From contig NC_057719.1 of the NCBI RefSeq assembly GCF_004010195.1, positions 42,124,239 through 42,162,676 of the forward strand: DNA of 38,438 nt, in the 5' to 3' direction. The DNA is from Chiloscyllium plagiosum. Its lineage: Eukaryota. Position 1 is the stretch's first letter, and every line of letters starts with the position of its first letter. The translations under genes were made by a program, and so were the position numbers. The notes beneath the pieces are model-generated. The model searched no databases and was not told the origin of the DNA. It saw only the letters and a list, made by a program, of their open reading frames with translations. Shown here piece after piece: positions 35,636-38,438 of the stretch.

Positions 35636-35848
35636 AATAATTAAACAAACAGCTATAGAGCTAAGTTAAACAGTGCTTGTATTGTGCAATTCTTTTTGAT
35701 ATACAATAACATTTGTTTTTGTTTAAAAAAGTGAAATCTTCTGTCAGTTTTTTGCTAGCTGTTTGAATTTCTTATTTAAATGTTAGCTGTCCCTAATTGG
35801 ATTGTAATAGGCACTCTCTCATTGTAAAGGTACATATCACAAACCTAC

Positions 35849-36181
35849 CTGAAGCTGCTTTTGAGAGTTTTTGCCAACTCAGCTTTTTCATCCGCAAAGA
35901 TGGTCTTGGAATATCTGTCTTATCTAAACAGGTAGGAAGAGATCCAGGTGGTGCTGGGGGAGGAGGAGGTGGAGGGGGAGGTGGAGGAGCAAGAGTTGGT
36001 GCAAGTGAGGTAGTGGTAGAATAAGTACACTTTAGACTTTCTTCTGTTGAAGCTTCAGGTTCAGGCCAATCATGATTTTCAGGTTTACTAGCAATCAACT
36101 CTCCTTTCATTGTCTGATTGTTTCTCTCCAGTTTAACTGATACGAGTCTTTTCATGAATGCATTGACATCAGTTTCTGGAC
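35849..36181 (-). CDS. INF2: Inverted formin 2-like, coding exon (end of dimerization region, FH1 polyproline, start of FH2)
   Basis: Acceptor CAG (36184-36182), donor GTAGGT (35848-35843), phase 1-1, 333 nt. Encodes PETDVNAFMKRLVSVK...PPPPPPPPPPPAPP...PSLRMKKLSWQKL, compared with INF2 ...VVERLLSVK...PTLRMKKLNWQKL. May be a paralog rather than the ortholog. Confidence 0.88.
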
Positions 36182-36475
36182 CTGTGCATAGTAAAACATT
36201 TGATGTATTAATGCTTCAACATCTTTTTTAAATTGTAAAGCTACTTGGAATTATAAACGGAAGAAGAAATAAATTTTCAACCTCAATTTCATAGATTCAA
36301 CTTAAAGGTATCACATTTACAACGAATCTCAAAATGTAAGCTGTGAACTAGTAAAATTGAACGATGAACAAGGAGTGACTTTTTTTCATCAGACGACCAG
36401 AAGCAATTATTTGCATTAATCACAATTTGAACTACCTTTATAATGTAGCCATTTTATCAGACAATATTTCCTTAC

Positions 36476-36617
36476 TGTCATGAGCAATTAGGATGGCTCT
36501 ATTCACCAGGATTTCTAGGACTTCCCAGAGCAGGGCACCGCTACTGTCAGATGGTTCCAGCTGCAGGAGGCCCTGGAGAATTGACAGAAGCTGAATAGAA
36601 GCTGGTGAGGCGTGCAC
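36476..36617 (-). CDS. INF2: Inverted formin 2-like, preceding coding exon (FH3/dimerization region)
   Basis: Acceptor TAG (36620-36618), donor GTAAGG, 142 nt. Encodes [47 protein letters not shown], compared with INF2 [22 protein letters not shown]...LLWEALESLVNRAVLLASD; splices in frame to the next exon. Absent from the ORF track. Confidence 0.9.
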
Positions 36618-37107
36618 CTAGAATTGAAAACAAAGGTGAAAATGAATCTACTGGATGTAAATGTACATAAAACATTGAGGAAATATGGAAATTGTAAAAG
36701 ATTCATTTTCCTTTTCAGTTCAAATTATTTTTCTCCCTCTTTAGTTGTTCTACCTTCTTACCCATGATGCAATTTAATCATCCACAAAGCAGCAAACTAT
36801 TTGAGAAAGGAAAGCTGTTCGACAAAGAGGTTACTCGGGCTTTACTAAAAGCTGATTTGGAGCTACTGCAAAAATAAATTATATTACAGTTTATTGTGTA
36901 AATACGAATGAAGTTAAAGAGAGAAATTGGGATTAATTGATTATGCCCGTGCATCCAATTACAATAAAGTTAGATTTGCTAAAATCTGTCATAAATAATT
37001 GTCATAATCAAAAAGGTGAATTGAAGTTAATGTCAATAATTAACAACATCAGAATTCTCGAAGTCAAAAAAGGGATAATCTGAAAAGACTGTTATTAAGA
37101 GTTCCTG

Positions 37108-37550
37108 AGCATAAGACCATAAGGTACTGCAACAGAATTAGGTCTTTCAGCTGATCAGGTCTGTTCTGTCTTTCAGTCATGGCTGATATGTTCCACAACC
37201 CCATTCTCCTGATTTCTCCCATCAACCCTTAATCCGTTTAAACCCCTTACTAATCAAAAGCCTGACTATCTTTGTCTTAAATGCCCTCAATGACTTGGCC
37301 TCCACAGCCTTTTGAAGCAATGAATTCCCCAGATTCTTTATATTCTGGCTGAAGAAATTCCTCCTCATCTCAGTTTGAAAGTGTCAGCCTATTTCTCTGA
37401 GGCTGTGCTATTGAGTCCTAGTCTCTCCTACTTGTGGAAACATCTTCTCCATGTCCACTCTATTCAGGCCTATCAGTATTTTGTTAGTTTCAATGTGATT
37501 CCTCCTTTATCCTTCTAAACTCAGTTGAGTACAGACTGAGAGTCCTTAAC
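37108..37550 (-). mobile_element. Older CR1 LINE 3' fragment
   Basis: CATAAGACCATAAG tail; AAGAAATTCCTCCTCATCTC and GGAAACATCTTC motifs of the CR1 3' end in reverse. Confidence 0.8.
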
Positions 37551-38438
37551 CATAGAACATAGAACATAGAACATTACAGCGCAGTACAGGCCCTTTGGCC
37601 CTCGATGTTGCGCCGCCCTGACATACTAATCTGAAGCCTATCCCACCAACACAATTCCATGTACATCCATATGCCTGTCCAATGATGACTTAAATGCACT
37701 TAAACTTGGCGAATCTACTACCGATGCAGGCAAAGCATTCCATACCCTTACTACTCTCTGAGTAAAGAAACTACCTCTGACATCTGTCTTATACCTATCT
37801 CCCCTCACTTTAAAGTTGTGTCCCCTCGTGTTTGCCGTCCCCATACTTGGAAAAAGGCTCTCCCTCTCCACCCTATCTAACCCTCTGATTATTTTGTATG
37901 TCTCTATTAAGACACCTCCCAACTTTCTTCTCTCTAACGAGAACAGCCTCAAGGTCCTCAGCCTTTCCTCGTAAGACATTCTTTCCATATTATTTTGTAT
38001 GTCTCTATTAAGACACCTCCCAACTTTCTTCTCTCTAACGAGAACAGCCTCAAGGTCCTCAGCCTTTCCTCGTAAGACATTCTTTCCATACCAGGCAACA
38101 TCCTAGTAAATCTCCTCTGCACCCTCCCCAAAGCTTCCACATCCTTTTTATAATGCGGTGATCAGAACTGTACACAATACTCCAAGTGTAGTCGTACCAG
38201 AGCTTTGTACAGCTGCAGCATAACCTCCTGGTTCCGGAACTCAATCCCTCTATTAATAAAGGCCAAAACACTGTATGCCTTCTTAACAACCCTGTCAACC
38301 TGAGTGGCAAATTTCAAGGATCTGTGTACATGGACACCGAGATCTCTCTGCTCATCTGCACTCCCAAGAATCCTACCATTAGCCCAGTACTTTGCATTCC
38401 GGTTACTCCGACCAAAGTGAATCACCTCACACTTGTCC
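37551..38438 (-). mobile_element. Young CR1/HER1 LINE 3' part with (CATAGAA)n tail, running off the window
   Basis: ORFs 38162..38425, 37958..38140 and 37638..37988 give CR1 ORF2 C-terminal motifs (EQRDLGVHVH, LEYCVQF, TRGH, FFTQRVVRVWNALP); microsatellite tail at 37551-37574. Confidence 0.95.

Overview
Repeat-rich vertebrate genomic DNA, almost certainly from an elasmobranch (shark). The evidence is HE1-type V-SINEs, HER1/CR1-type LINEs, SacSINE1-like DeuSINEs and shark-type Penelope-like elements (PLEs). There are two assembly gaps (N at 2725-3601 and 33362-33861). (1) Bases 1-3786 hold the 3' half of a GC/CpG-rich endogenous retrovirus-like element. Its pol reads RT thumb, a Gypsy-like but catalytically decayed RNase H (tether), a second retroviral-type RNase H, and an HHCC/DD35E/GPY integrase, broken by three frameshifts. 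A short signal-peptide-like ORF and a 3' LTR end (AATAAA, U5 hairpin, ...TTAACA) follow, abutting a PLE. The pol motifs best match lokiretroviruses, the sister lineage of Retroviridae; this is from motif recognition, not a database search. (2) At 35849-36617 two minus-strand exons belong to an INF2-like formin gene with an unusually short FH1; I could not find the rest of its FH2 exons in the readable downstream sequence. (3) The remainder is transposon debris: a three-level PLE/solo-LTR/PLE nest with intact target-site duplications, about ten PLE-associated minimal hammerhead-ribozyme motifs (many in inverted pairs), a local inverted templated duplication, and a perfect 101-bp tandem duplication in a young CR1.
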